Below, in pieces: positions 34,300 through 47,553 of a DNA stretch of 64,000 nt. The position numbers and the translations under genes were made by a program. Position 1 is the stretch's first letter. The number at the start of each line of letters is the position of its first letter. The DNA comes from Psammoneis japonica (lineage: Eukaryota). Under the pieces are notes generated by a model that had not been told where the DNA came from, did not search any database, and was given only the letters and a program-made list of their open reading frames with translations. The stretch lies in NCBI GenBank assembly GCA_008632985.1, contig QPGO01000051.1, positions 62,001 through 126,000 of the forward strand. Reading direction: 5' to 3'.

Positions 34300-37200
34300 A
34301 CGATGAGCGACAGTCATTGTCACTTTTTGTGTGCCGTTGTGTTGTGTCTGATGTTGGAGTGTTGGTGCGTGTTTCGCGCGCAAAAGCGAACCACATGCGC
34401 GGTACTCAAATCACGTAGGACTTTACGTGAAACAAGCAACCAACTTGACCCTATTTCACTCAATACCTTTTCTTGATGATCGAGTCGCTGGAGCATGCCG
34501 GCAGGACAGGATTGATAATGCGATTACATCCAAGTAGAGGAGCTGGCCTAAAACAAGCATTGAACACTGTGCACCATGCTTGAATCACACTCAACTTTCG
34601 TGATTGACTTCTTTAAAACATCGTCTCAGCCAGTTGCTGGACACACTTGGCGTTGGACACCATGTCTTTCGTCAACAACTTGTGTGTGAATGCAATCATC
34701 GCATGGTTTCATGTGAATGTAAATGCTGTGGGCAGAGGCTGGATGGCACTCTCTGGTGCTGCTTGCTCTGCCAGCTTCAGCCAGCTGCACGACATTGTGA
34801 CAGAGGTGGCGTTTGGAGCAACATTGCAGAAATGTCTTCTTTGTTGCCGCCACTCACATGAAAATTGAAATTGTTGTCACAAAAAAAATGTGTTTGTTGT
34901 GGCGATTGTTTTTTACAAGGACAAAGCCATTTGACGGTTGCAACACATCACACACCCCAGTGGATCCGTTGCTTGGATTCAAGAACAACAACGCACTGCC
35001 GCGCACCTTCTTGTCAAGTGCAGATGGCACCACGGCGTCAACGGCAATTTCTTCTGTCGATTTGTGTTTTTCACCAAAGAATGGCGATGAAGGAGGCAAG
35101 AACAGGAAACATTGCACTGGGCATTCAAAGCAAAAGAGCTGCCTCCGAGCGCCTCTGCTCGTGTGCACGCTGCAAAATGACAGAAATGATGGTTTCCTTC
35201 TCACAAAAACAACTTGCCGCAATGAAAACAACATTTTTTATGTTGACAATTTGAACTTTCATGTGAACAGTCACAACAAAAAAGATTTCTGCAAAATTGT
35301 GCATTTGGTGAATCACAGAATTGCTCGGCAACACACCATCATCATTTCTTTGGCCCTGCCGTGGCCCGTCTGCTGGCATCTCAGTGAGGAGACATCAGTG
35401 CACGAGGTGACCTGTGCATGCAAAGCATGCACGGTGCAGTTGATGCATGGACTCACAATTGAGAGTGTGGATGGTGTGGGGGGGGGGCACCATCAAAGAT
35501 GCTTCCCACCAATGTTGCTCAAGGCGACAACAGCTTGCTTGTTTCTTTGAAAGCACATTTTTGTGTCGATGTCACGAACTTCCATCCAAGATTGCAACCT
35601 GGGTTGCCTGCTGCATCAAACCATTTCTCAAGCAAGTCATGCAATTGCAGAACTGCCACAACCTCCACCAGGAAAAATGGAGCAGTCTGTCCATTGGTTT
35701 TTCTTGATTGATTGGCCTGTGATCTTCGTTGATCAACAGTCTTTTGATGCCACCAGAAATGGCCTGCTCGGCTCGAGCTTGTCTTCTCACTAAATTGTCA
35801 ACTTTGCCATTGAGAATGTTGAAGGCATTTGCATGGAATGTTGTTTGCAGGCTCTGGTGTGTTGCACCTGAATGTGCTGGGCCACACTGGGTGTGTGTGT
35901 GCCAACACAAGTGTCAAAAAGAGCAGAGAAAATTTTGCACATCCCAGGAAAAGGGCAAGGCACCAGGGGAAGATCTGGCACCAGAGCCCCTTCCATTTAT
36001 GATGACAATGGCACGTTGGTCATCAGCATTGACTTTGCATGGCCACTGATGGCAATGATGCATGGAGACCCTGAAATGACAGTGATGGAAGATGGTCGTT
36101 GACAGCAATGATGTGTGTGGAGAGACACCAAAATGACAGTGATGGAAGATTGGGCATGTGGGGCTCTGTCGCACATCATTGTGGACAAGAAATGGGATTT
36201 TTGAGTCAGGGCTCAAGCCCACAGCTTGAAGTGTGCAAGTCACAACCCCCCCCCCCCCCCCATTTCAAGAAACGAGAGGGTGCATGTGAGCTCTGTCCAG
36301 CACAAGCCCAAGAAGCAAGAGGCTCAGCCAGGACCCAGAGCAATTCTGAGTGCTTTCTGCAGGTGGAATTTCCAAATGATCCACGTGTGCAATGTCTGAA
36401 AGGATTGTTCCAAAAAACAGAGATTTGTCTCATGAACCCATCAGTTGCTCCAACGAGACAGAAGCTGGAGCCACCCTGAGAAAACCTCATTCTGTCTTGT
36501 GCAAAGTGCTTGCAAGATGGGGTTCCTGCAGGCAGGAGCATGAAGCATGAAATGACATTGCTGGAGCTCAATTTGTTGTTGTGCACATCAACTGAATTTT
36601 CGCACTCAAAGGGTCTGGATTGCACAGTTGAGATTAAAAAGCTGTTGAAAGAATGCAAAAAGGAGGATGATGCATCTTGCATGGAGGCTTTTGACCCTGA
36701 GATTTTTCTGCAGGGATCAGCTCTGGCAACAAACCCCAGGCTTTTCCTGCACAAAAAGGTTCAAATTTGGTCGAGACTGCTTGGTCAGTGCTCTGTTGTT
36801 GGGTGTGCCTTGGACATTTCTGAACACCATCTTTCAATGTCAAAGACAACTCCACCTTCTTCTGTGTTGTTGACTGCCAATTGGCTGAAGGTCAGCATGC
36901 CTTGGCACTTGGCTTGGATGTTTGTTTTGTCAATTGGAAGGGCAGAAAACCAGCCAATGTCAGAAATCTAAAGAACTTGAAATGTGACCCAGTCACTTGG
37001 GTGCTCCAAGAATGGCATTGTTGTGGTGAAGTCAACATCAAAAAGGCAAACACTCTGGCATTTTGTGCCATGTTGACTCAAACTTGGAACAAGCAGCTCA
37101 GGGAACACATTTGTGGCCCACCAGGACTGCCACGTGTGTGTCCCATGACATTCAATGCCCGGGCACCTAGTGGGCCACTTGTTGTGGGGCCAACACTGCC

Positions 37201-40165
37201 ATTGTTAGAAATGTTGGTTGCTGGGAATGCATTGCAGAGTCACTTGAGTGCATTGCAGAGGGAAATGAATGAAGTCATCTTCCTGGTGACAAAAATCAAG
37301 ACCCCATTTTTGATTTTGGTCGCTCTTTCCCAAAACATTCTTGAAGGCCTTGGCCACCACCACAGAACAAGCCAATGCAATGTGGTCAAGGGCGCCAATG
37401 GTTCATTTCAGCTGGCTCAAAAAAATGCCAGTGACAATTTTGCAGCACTTTTCTCATCATGTTTTTGAACAATGATGTGAGTTTCATGTGAACAATGCAA
37501 GTCTCAACAAAAGCCATTTTAGACATGTGCCACCTGTTGGCTTTCTTGATTTGCTGAGTTGCCTGCGGCATGATCGTTGCACTCATTGGATGCCAGGTTC
37601 TCCCAGTTGGGTTTTTGAGTCTGAGCTTCTTTTTTCAGCCTCAAGCTCACTGCATTTTGATGACATTTTTGCCTGCTTGAGATTGGCTTCATTTGGTGGT
37701 GGCTGTTCCCAGTTTCTTGATGGTCCAACAAGCTTTGCTGTGCTGTGCAAACTTTGAGTCACCACCAAGATTGTGGCTCTTTTCAGCACAACAGACAAAC
37801 GCAGGCGGGCTGGAGAGTGCACTTGATTTTTGTTTCATTTTGCCACCTTTGCAGTCACGCATGTTTCCTCTTCTGTTCTAAAATGTGGCTTTTGGAACAA
37901 AGTTGTCATTCTCAAACCTCATGACAGAGTCAATGTCCCTGAGGCAACCTGCTGCCAAGCAGCAGTGCTGAGCCTGGCACTTGCTCTTGCCGGGGAGGGG
38001 CTGGCAGGCAAGAAGGATCCATCACATGATTTGCCTGTGCCTGATGAAAGCCATGGCAAATGACCTCATCTCTCATGGCTTCTGCTGAAATAGAAACCAA
38101 TTGGCCAGTGAACAGATTTGCAAAAAGAGCACATCTTTGAAAAGAGCGACTTGCTCCTGTGCAGTTGGAAGTTGGTGGTGCAGGCTGATTGGTCACTCTG
38201 GCCCCAGCAACTGCACCAGCATCTTCATTGATGCCATGTTTCATTGCATGGCACATGGCATCCCTTTCAAAGGAGTCAGGGTTGAACTCCTCAAATTCCT
38301 TGTCCCAGTCCCTTGTTGCTGATGGCGCGTCAAATGATGAGCTCACACTTCTTTGTGACAGTGGACTGGGGCAAATTGTGGGGCCACATCGCCATCAGAG
38401 TCATTGGCATCGGTGGCGCTGGCCATGTCATCAACAACAAACAAGCACTTGAGTCATCTGACAAGTCCAAAAACAGCAACGCAATGCATGAAAATGCATC
38501 TCGTCATCATTGCTCCTTTGTGAAATCCACCTCTTTTGGAGCTCGGAGGGAGAGGTGAGGCTTCCCGCATTGATCAAGGGCTCGAGTCTCGTTGATCACC
38601 GCAGAGCCTCAGGCAGGCACCTGCACTGGAGACTTCATTGATCGGGGGCAGGCAGGGTGCCAGCGGGCGGGCTTTGCCAGCAGGCCTGTCAGCAATTTGA
38701 CACAAAAAAGGACCATCCAGTCACTCCAATCTTTAAAATCAGTGGCGCCACCAATTGCACAACGGCAATCATGCACTGCAGGTGCAATGAGTGTGGTTGC
38801 AAATGCAAGGCAAATGATGGCAAGCCACTGCTTGAGTTGCCAAAGCTTGTCGGACAGTTGCATCCCATGGACATTTGGTGCACATGGTTGCCAACTCCTC
38901 ATTTCACATGGACTTGACAACAACAAGATGCGCTAAACACGAGTTGAAAGAAAGCAGCAATGGTGATGCCATGTCAGCATGCTGCACCAACAACGTGGCC
39001 GAGCTTGCCTTGACATGGAGGAGCAACATTGTTTGAGGTGGATTGAAGCAGCAAAAAGTTCCACGATGCCCACACCAGTGTTTTCAGCTTTTGAGAAGTG
39101 GCTGGGTCACTGCGGACCAACAGGTCTTGAAGCGTGGTTCAATCGGCACAAGTGCTCTGCGTCTCCTGGAGCGGCAGACGCCGGTGGACGGTGCGATCCA
39201 GATTCTGGTGAGCCTCTCTTCATGGAAGACACCAAGCCGGTGGTGGAAAATGCAAAGGTGACAGCTTGTGGACTCGATGAGCCTTCACAATGTGGAGACT
39301 TGTGCAGAGTCGTCAAGCCTTCAAAATGGTCAAAGTGTGAGCTTGGCACGTGCATCACCACCGCCGGCACCAAATCCAAGCTTGAGAAGTTTCATCACAT
39401 CGTCAAGCATTTTGGAAACACCGGTTCCAGGAGTGCCTTCATAGATGCACTGTGTCTTGCTGGAACTTGTGAGTGCAACATTGCGGTGTGTCAGCATCTT
39501 CGAACAGATGAGATGACAGCGGACGAGCGCGCCAAGATTCCGCACGCCTTTCGTGGGGTTCCAATGTTTCTTAACCACAGCAGGCTCAATTGCAACAACA
39601 AGTTGTTGGAGAAAGCGAGAGTCAGTCATCCTGTGCATGAAAATGTTGAAGAATTGAAAGCAGACAATGGGGCAAGCGGTGTTTTTCAGCATGCACGAAA
39701 CAACTGGAAAGCTTGGGCGAGGAACTCGAAGCGAGAAAAGCAAAATTTGGCACAGCAGCGGTGAGCAGCAAGAACAACCCTGACAGATGCATGTGCAGCA
39801 AGTGTGGGACAAGAAAATGCAAAAGGAACTGTGAGTCACAACAGCCGATGCCGACGTGTGCTGAGGGGCCGAGCGTGAAAAAAAATGAAGTCCTCGTGTC
39901 TTCAAGATGTGGCAGTGCCGAGATGCGAACCACCCGTCCCTGATGCACCACACCCTGTGCCACATTGTGCACCGATTGCCATTGCTCCATTTTGGACCAG
40001 TTTTCCAACATATTTGCCGCCGTTGCAGATGGCGCCGAATCCGCAATCGCATCTGACCAACAAATTCTGTTGCTTCCGAGCAAGGGATTTTCATCTTTCA
40101 AAAACAAACTTGTTGGGGGTGGATGCTCGAGGAAGAGCACCACATGATGAAGAACATTGTTCATC
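34300..40165. mobile_element. Large TpA-depleted domain of nested transposon-like fossils
   Basis: About 5.9 kb with sparse TA. Includes a transposase-like remnant at 38979-39764. Confidence 0.6.
38979..39764 (+). pseudogene. DNA-transposase remnant (Dada/DUF6729-like C-terminal catalytic region, tentative)
   Basis: DPDSGEPLF...DLCRVV...CITTAGTKSKLEKFH resembles the D..G.PLF...LY...Y...RG.S.LE.FH pattern, with Tyr replaced by Cys. The 261 aa ORF contains no Tyr. Confidence 0.5.
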
Positions 40166-40584
40166 TAAGTAGCCTGTAAATGTAGATTCATTATTTGCAT
40201 TGTGATTCTAGCCAACGTTCCATCTCGAATTGGGACCAAGATGGAAGACGGGAAATGGGGGGCGATGGCGCATAAATAAAACCAACCATAGAAATCTTTT
40301 ATGCGCACCAGGCTCATGTGCTCTATCTTCAACTCCGCGACCTTCGTCTCCACTTCTTTCCTTGCTGCTTCCGTTTGCTCTCTTCCTTCCTTCTCTCTTG
40401 TTGCAGGAGCAGCAACGGGGTCGCTTCGCTCCCCCTCTCCCCCCCTCTTCTTCCGTCTGTACCCCCCTATTTTCCTAGCTAGAAGTAGTAGAGAGAGTAG
40501 AGACTACTGCAGAGGCACTTCTCCCAAAACCTCTCTGCGTTGTCGTTTTTTCCTCGTCAACAACAAACTTGCATCATCACCACT

Positions 40585-41946
40585 ATGGCTTCTTTGCATA
40601 TCGTGCCTTTCGAGGACTTTTTCGGTGAGCAAGGCCTCTCTACGGAGAACTTTAAAGACACTTCAGTGGAGGACTTTCGTGAGTTGTCTCGAACGCTCTC
40701 TGGTCCACTTCAGCACGCTTCCAACTGGCGAGCCTTTTGCGAAATCAAAAATAGTCTCATCGTCATTGACCGCAAGATGACGTGCCTCACTCAAGTCTGC
40801 GATGAAGCAGACTTACGTATGGAGGAACTTCTGGAATTGAAAACAAAAGAGTTCAGTTTTCTTGTTGTCAACATTCTCGGCCTCTCCGTGGTGGATTATC
40901 CTCCTCTGTTTCATCTCTACACGGAGGCACAAAAGCAAAAGAGTACAGACACCAACACCGCCTCTCTGGAACCTCTCATGGCTCCAAACAGCAGTGGTGG
41001 TACTGCTGCTGCCGATACGGTCACTGCCGATCCAGTTGTTCCTCAACAAGTGACCTACGGCAAGAAGCCGGCCCCTGCTCCTGGCATCCCTAAGAACGAG
41101 AGAAGAACTTCTGTTCCTGTGGTTTCATCTCCAGCCCCTCATACTTGTCCCATGCCCGCCCCTGTAGCCGTGACTCCGTCCGCCGCTGCAGTAGCCGCTC
41201 CCGACGAAGCGAGAGGTTCCAACGATCGTAAGCGCAAAGCCGAGGAGCAAGGAGGTCGAGAAGACGGGGAAGAGGAAGAGCGCTCGATTGGGCAGCTCGT
41301 TGGGGAAGACTTGTGGAGCGATGAATTTGAAACGGTTAAAAAGGCGACTGTGAAACTGGTTGAGCTAACTTCCCATGAGGATGACAACCCTGGTGTAGAA
41401 GCAAATTGCAAAAGAATTGTCGAAGCCTCCGGGCATCGTGCCGTGCTGGAGAATGTGAAGAAGTCTGTGGGCGAGAAGGAGCGTCATGAGTTCATTGAAA
41501 ATAATCTTTGCATTCTAATGGAGCTTTCCTACACTAGTGACAAGCGCGCGAAGATCATTCGCAATACTCCAAAAATCGTTGACACAATTGTCAAGATCAT
41601 GCAAACCTTTGCTGACCGAAGTGGATGCTGTGCCAGCGCTTGTGGTTTGTTGGGAAATCTTGCGGAAAAGGGTGCCGATTTCAAGGTCAAAGTGTTTGAA
41701 GCTGGGCTGGTCTCGTTAGCTGTTGAAAGCATGAAGAAGTTTGCCAACGATGAGTACATGCAATGGTTTGGCACCTTGTTCCTCGAACAACTTTTGAGAA
41801 GCAAGAAGAAGAAAAACAAGATTGTCGATGCAGCAAATGCGTGCAGGGCCGGGTCGGTGCTATTCGAAGCAAAGCACAACTTCCCTGATAATAAAGATGC
41901 CGTGAGGCATATCAAAGCCTGTATCAAGATATTGAACGAACGCTGA
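40585..41946 (+). CDS. Armadillo-like repeat protein (local family) with a unique N-terminal extension of about 200 aa
   Basis: Intact ORF. The family-homologous part starts near 41180 (AAVAAPDEARGSNDRKRKAEEQGG). Confidence 0.85.
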   Translation: MASLHIVPFEDFFGEQGLSTENFKDTSVEDFRELSRTLSGPLQHASNWRAFCEIKNSLIVIDRKMTCLTQVCDEADLRMEELLELKTKEFSFLVVNILGLSVVDYPPLFHLYTEAQKQKSTDTNTASLEPLMAPNSSGGTAAADTVTADPVVPQQVTYGKKPAPAPGIPKNERRTSVPVVSSPAPHTCPMPAPVAVTPSAAAVAAPDEARGSNDRKRKAEEQGGREDGEEEERSIGQLVGEDLWSDEFETVKKATVKLVELTSHEDDNPGVEANCKRIVEASGHRAVLENVKKSVGEKERHEFIENNLCILMELSYTSDKRAKIIRNTPKIVDTIVKIMQTFADRSGCCASACGLLGNLAEKGADFKVKVFEAGLVSLAVESMKKFANDEYMQWFGTLFLEQLLRSKKKKNKIVDAANACRAGSVLFEAKHNFPDNKDAVRHIKACIKILNER

Positions 41947-42199
41947 TTTGCATTCTGTGACAGTTGGAATGACCTTCTGTCTTCCGTCTGGGACAAGTTG
42001 GTGTCAAGAGAAACTTCCACGCGAGCTCATCCTTGCTGTTGTGGATGTTGAGCTTTATATTTAGTACCATTATCAAAGTGACGATGTCTTAGCTTTAGTT
42101 CAATTCCTACTGTAAATTAGCAGTGAACGATTCAAGTGTGCTGCAGCTGCTGCCTCTAGCGCTACATGTTCCGCGCTAGAGTGGTGTCTGGTGCTAATG

Positions 42200-45164
42200 G
42201 TGTAGCCCGGTGTCTCGTTTTACTACTTGGCAGAATGTTTCCTGGAGATCTCGTCCGCTGTTGACAACGCCAAACCGACAGAACTGGGAGATGACCGTTC
42301 CGCACCTTGAATTACGCAAGCAAGTCTTCCTGTATGTTGCTCCTGCCGTCCTCTCACCATTTAGAGAAGAGCAGCATTTCAATTTTCAACCCCCACAACC
42401 GTCCAGTCGATTTTAGCGAAATCATCAAGAGCATCCCAGATTGCGGTTTCTAATGCTTGGATCAACTTGAGAAGGCTGGCACTGTCATGTGAGAAAACTG
42501 AACTGGAGACCTCTTCATGCGCTTGGCAACAAGTCGCACTCAGGGAGCACTTTCTCCTTCTTTCCTTCCATTGCAAATGGGCCCCACATCACCTTTTCCT
42601 TTTACCTGCACCATGCCATGCTGTTCAAAAACAAAATCACCCCCTCCAGGACTTTTGCAACATGCTGCATCATCTGAATTCTCACCGGAACTTCCTGAAA
42701 CACACCCATTCCAGAGGCTGCACATGTGCAGATTGTCAACGAAACCCTTTTTGACAACTTCCCACCAGACTCAATTCTCAATTTGCTCCCTCTTGAGTCC
42801 TTGCCTGGTGGAGTCAGTCATGGTTGGCCTTCGTGCAACACACGTCAGCTGCGCAACAGCCAGCAGGCCAGCAGCAATGTGGCTTGCCTTTGTGGAGCTC
42901 CTGCAGCCTGCAGCCACTTGTGGACTCACAGCAGGAGTCATGTTCATGACAAGGTCAGTCAAGTGACAGACAGGTCCTGCTGATGGCAGGGTGTCATCTG
43001 GTGCACGTTGTGTGCATGTGCCAGCACACCTTCTCATGCACGTCAGAGTGCACAACATTGCAACATCTGCACACATGACAAAAATGTGTTGCTGTGTTAT
43101 AAAACCTGCTTGTCTGCACATGACAGTTTTTGTCATTTGGTCAATTGTCAATCTCCTGCCATTCTTCATGTTTGAACACAGATGTTTTTTTAGTTTTTGT
43201 GCTCTGCCTTTTTCACAACAACCGACGATCTTTAACGACAAGCCAAACATTGCAATTGCATGCAATGCAATTTTCATCATGCAAAGTGTGCACTGATTGT
43301 TTGGTCAATGACTGTGCTCCAATTTGCCCAGTCGTCCGCATCGTCCTCTTCATTCCATGTGTCTCATCCGCTCTCTTGCAAGAATTTCAAATGTGCCACT
43401 GCCGCGTTGGATGTTTCCTTGTCACCGTTCCAAAAAAGCCACACTGCATGTCTTGCATTTGGGTGAACATCATCAAGAGGAAAAGGTCCCTCGAAACGCC
43501 GAATCACATCGCTGCTCCCCTCTTGACATTGTGTCGTCGGCTTCTTTTTCTCTTTCTTCATTTCGCCTGTCCTGTTTTTCTCTTCCTTCTTCGTCTTGGT
43601 GCCGCCTGTTTTCACCGTCTCCGGCATCTTTCCATCTGAATCCTTCTTTTTCATTGATCCCGTCGCCATCGCCTTCATCATCTCTTGTTGTGTTTTTTTT
43701 TCTGTTGTGTGTCACTTTGTTTTGGATCCATGTTTCTGACTTCTCTCCATGCTGTCTCCATTTCCGAATGTTTCTTTGTGATTGTTCGTGTGCATCACTT
43801 GAAGGCACCCATGTGTTCTTCACGCACCTTGACGCGTGTGCAGAAATCCATGTTGTTTTCCAGTGCATGCACCCTTTCTCCTGATGCTGTTTTGCACAAT
43901 GTTTTCTTCCATCAACTCCACACTCCTCATTGCTCTTTCCCAGCATGATCTCATGTGGGATTTCCCTGGGAGAAGTTGCGCGCGCGTCTGGCAGGTTTTT
44001 GTGTTTAAAACTCCAAATCCCACCAGGCACACATGTGACTTCTCCCACACACCACTCTGGCACATTTCTACAGAAACCAGTTTTTGGTGTTGGAACAGCA
44101 ACCATGGTGCCATGTGACCTGTCGGTCGCCTCTCTGTTGCAAGACAACAACGATTCCTGCCTCGAGGAGGCCGCATTTGAATCTCTCTTTGCCAACGGTT
44201 TTGGAGTGATCGACAGCAACGAGCGGAGCCATGTCAAAGCAACAATCGAGACGGTGAAATCCAAGGTTCAGTTCCACCGCGACTCCACTTGTGACCCCTC
44301 TCCGAATTGGATCGCGCTTGCCTGTGTGTGGCAAAAGTCGAAGGGCAGACCTCATTTTTTTGTAGAACTGATGGCTGTGATCTGCGTTGTTGCAAAGGAA
44401 CTTGGGTGCAAGAGCTTGCTGCACTTTCTTTCCACAAAAGGATGGAGTCACTCCAGTCAAGGCGCCAAACGCATCAACTCTTTTCTCCTTGGCAGAACTG
44501 CACCAAGCTTGATGTTGCTGTTCCCAGTGTGCCTCTCAATGAAATCAACAATGCAATCATGCAATTCCAGGGGAGCACCACGTGTGTCCATGAGCTTCTT
44601 GCACAACTCCACGCAAGCTCCGTCAAGATTTGTCAAAGAGGGAGCAGAAGCCAAGGCCTCTTCTGCAGGAGTGTGATGCCTGATCCTCAAACGTTGATCC
44701 TCATCGTGAATGTCCTCTTCCTCCTCCATTGTCACGTCCAACACTGCAGCAAAGGATTGACCACCGCCAACATCCAAATCGTTCATTGCCAAAAGTTCAA
44801 CTCCATGCATGCTGTGGTTTGATGAAATGGAGGACATGTCGTCCATTCCGTGCAGTGCGTCATCCGGGGAGGGGAACAAGGGGCTGCTGCACGGATCACT
44901 CGTTGAAGATCTTGGGAATCTGCTGCAAGCAGATTGCCTTGGATGGGATTCGTCATCATCAGAGGATGAAGAGGAAGAGCTGCCACTTTCTTTGGGTGGC
45001 CCCTCTGTTGTGGCAGGAATGTTGCTTTGATCTGGGATTGGATCTTGGGTTTGCAACTCTTGGGCAACTGAGCAACACGTTGGTGAGTGTCTCCAATGGC
45101 AGGCTGTTCGCAAAAAACTTTTGCCACACCCGGGACAGAGAAGAGGGTTTCCGTCCATTGTCAA
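42200..45164 (-). mobile_element. Degenerate minus-strand coding fossil, transposon-like, with an N-terminal CxxC finger
   Basis: CPGCGKSF...H...C followed by ELCKKLMDTRGAPLELHDCIVDFIERH. Fragmented ORFs continue to about 42200. TA is depleted above about 42420. Confidence 0.4.
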
Positions 45165-45379
45165 TCAGACAACGTTGACAGGGCCTTCATCAAGACTCAT
45201 GCTCGTCATCCTTGTCTTGTGGATGAGAAAGGAAAAGAAGAACAACACGCAAAAAATGGCGGGAAATTGGCAAACATTGCATTGTCTTCCAGATTTGGAT
45301 GATTCTTGTGGGCATGACGTGTCTGCATTTTGATTTTTTATCTGGCATTTACGATGAACATTGCACTTTTCATTTGCCA

Positions 45380-47350
45380 TCAAAATGCAGGATGTTGTCT
45401 CCGTTGAAGCGCAATGACAGCCATGTCAAAAAGCAAGTTGGACTGTTCGTTGTTGTGTGTGAGTGCATTTTCAAATTTCAATGTTGCTGACAATGATTTG
45501 TGCAATGTCGTGGAGAAAAACAGAGTGGCTGGCTGTCTCAACACGACCCAAACAACGGCTGCACTGTTGAACAACAACACTCCTCTCACTGTTGCCATGA
45601 AAAGATCAAGATGTCGTCTCCAGCACCACCGGCAAAGAAGAGAAAGAAAAATGAGTGATGGCACCATGGCTTTCCTGTGCACACTCAAGCTGACTTCAAC
45701 ATTGTTTGACTCATTGGACACTGGTGCTCTGACAAGATCATGCTCTGCTGCTGAATCTTTCCTCCCAGATGCTTGCCAGCAGAGCCTGCACACTGACCCT
45801 CGGCAATGAAGCTTCCCTCCTTCATTGGGCATTTTGCTCACATGCTGCACTCCCACCCAAAATTGATGGCCCACCTTCAGATTTCCACCAAAGTGGACCA
45901 GCAGGAGCTGGCACCCATCTGCTGGCTCCATGGCTGTGAGTGGGTCTGGAGCTCAATCTCCACAAGCAGACCTCTGGAACCAAACCAGCTTGGCTCTGGG
46001 GATCCAGCTGTTGCTCTGTTTTCAAGGGGGCAACAGCCACTGCAGAGTGGGGAAGATGATGCAAAAACCTGTTGATCAGCTCAAGTCTGTCCAAACAGGT
46101 TTGATGTCTCTTGCACTTGCCACTTTGCTGGACCAGCTGATTGCTCACACCTTGGTGACTCAACTCTTGCTCATTCTCTTTGTGTGGCTGTTTGGCAAAA
46201 AAATGTGAAGAGTTGGACAGGAGCCAAAAGGATGCACTCCCACCCACCCTGGGAGCTGGCACTCACCTGCCAGAAATCTGGGATGGTCGCATGTGCATGC
46301 ACACCATCGCACAACTGAGCTGCTGTGCAGAGCAGGTTGTTTGTGCTTTTTGCCACTCATTGGAGTGACACAGAGACCATCAGTGACAAGCAAAAAATCC
46401 ACTTGATTTTTTGCATGAAATGGCAAAAATCTGATTTGCTCGCCCATCATGATCATGGCAGTTTTTGAGATTTTTGAGGGCACTTGTCCTGTCATCTCCA
46501 AAGTGGCAAATTGACTTGTGTTGGGTTGTGACTTGTTGCCATGGTTGAAAAAATGGCACCCTGCTCAGCTGTGCGTGCTTTTGGCTCCATGAGGCATGAG
46601 GCACTGCTGTGAACTTCTGAAGTCATGCTGCTGCTCATGCTGAAGTGCATTTGCACATCACACAGTTCCCAGTGGCAGCACAAATCAGAAATTTTGTGAC
46701 TGCATGCACTGTTGTGCCAGCTTCTTTTGCTTGTGCTGCAGCTGTGGCACTGAGTGCCGCCCACTGCTCTCTCACAAGAATGGAAAAATGCCCCCCCCCT
46801 CCTGGCTGTGCCCTGGGTGAGTTTGCCCCCTTTGTTTGCTCAATGGCTGCCTTTCTCTCAGCCACAATGGCCAAACAGTCTCTGGAGCCATGCAGAAGCA
46901 TTGCTTGACTGCACAGGACAGATTTGACAGTGCATCCTCTGAGCAGATGAGCTTGTCCAAAACAGGCATTGAGCCACTGTGCTGGGCCAACAGAAGAGTG
47001 CACATTCAACTTTTTTTGTGCACAAGCAAGTGATTCTTTCTTGAAATTGTGCTCTCAAGGGGCTTGACACACTTGGCAATGGAGGAGGCCATGTCTTTCA
47101 TCAGCTGTTCACAATGCATGAGAATCGCAGTCATTGCCTCAAGTCATGGTTGCATGAACAATGTGTGGCCAAAGGCTTGGCGGTGCTCTCTGCAGTGCCA
47201 TGCCATCAGGCCCCACCCTCTGTGTGCTCTCAACTGGCTGAACTGCAAAGCACATCTGTGACAGCTGCAAGCTGCAGTGACATGCAACCAAAGAGGAGAT
47301 TTGAACACAAAATTGAAAATGAAACAATGCAAGTGGCTGGCAGCACAGTT
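45380..47350. mobile_element. TpA- and CpG-depleted relic, unidentifiable
   Basis: I see no TA and few CG across about 2 kb. Confidence 0.4.
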
Positions 47351-47553
47351 GCTGATGTCAGAGATGAATCTGCTTTTGCTGTCATGTGTGGGTGTGGGGG
47401 TTGCTCAAAACTGGAGGGAGGCAAGAGATTGGAAAGTGCCCCAGCAACAGTGGTGAGTGTGTTTGTCTGCACCCAGAATTCTTTCAAAGATTCCCCATAA
47501 AACTGCAAACCATTTTTTGCACTTGCAGCTTTTGCAACAAAACTTTGCACACA

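Noticed and set aside
34600..47500. Dozens of overlapping 60-260 aa Cys/His-rich ORFs as real genes or metal-binding proteins
   Set aside because: They are explained by loss of TAA/TAG and Tyr codons in TpA-depleted DNA. They occur in all six frames with no coherent domain.
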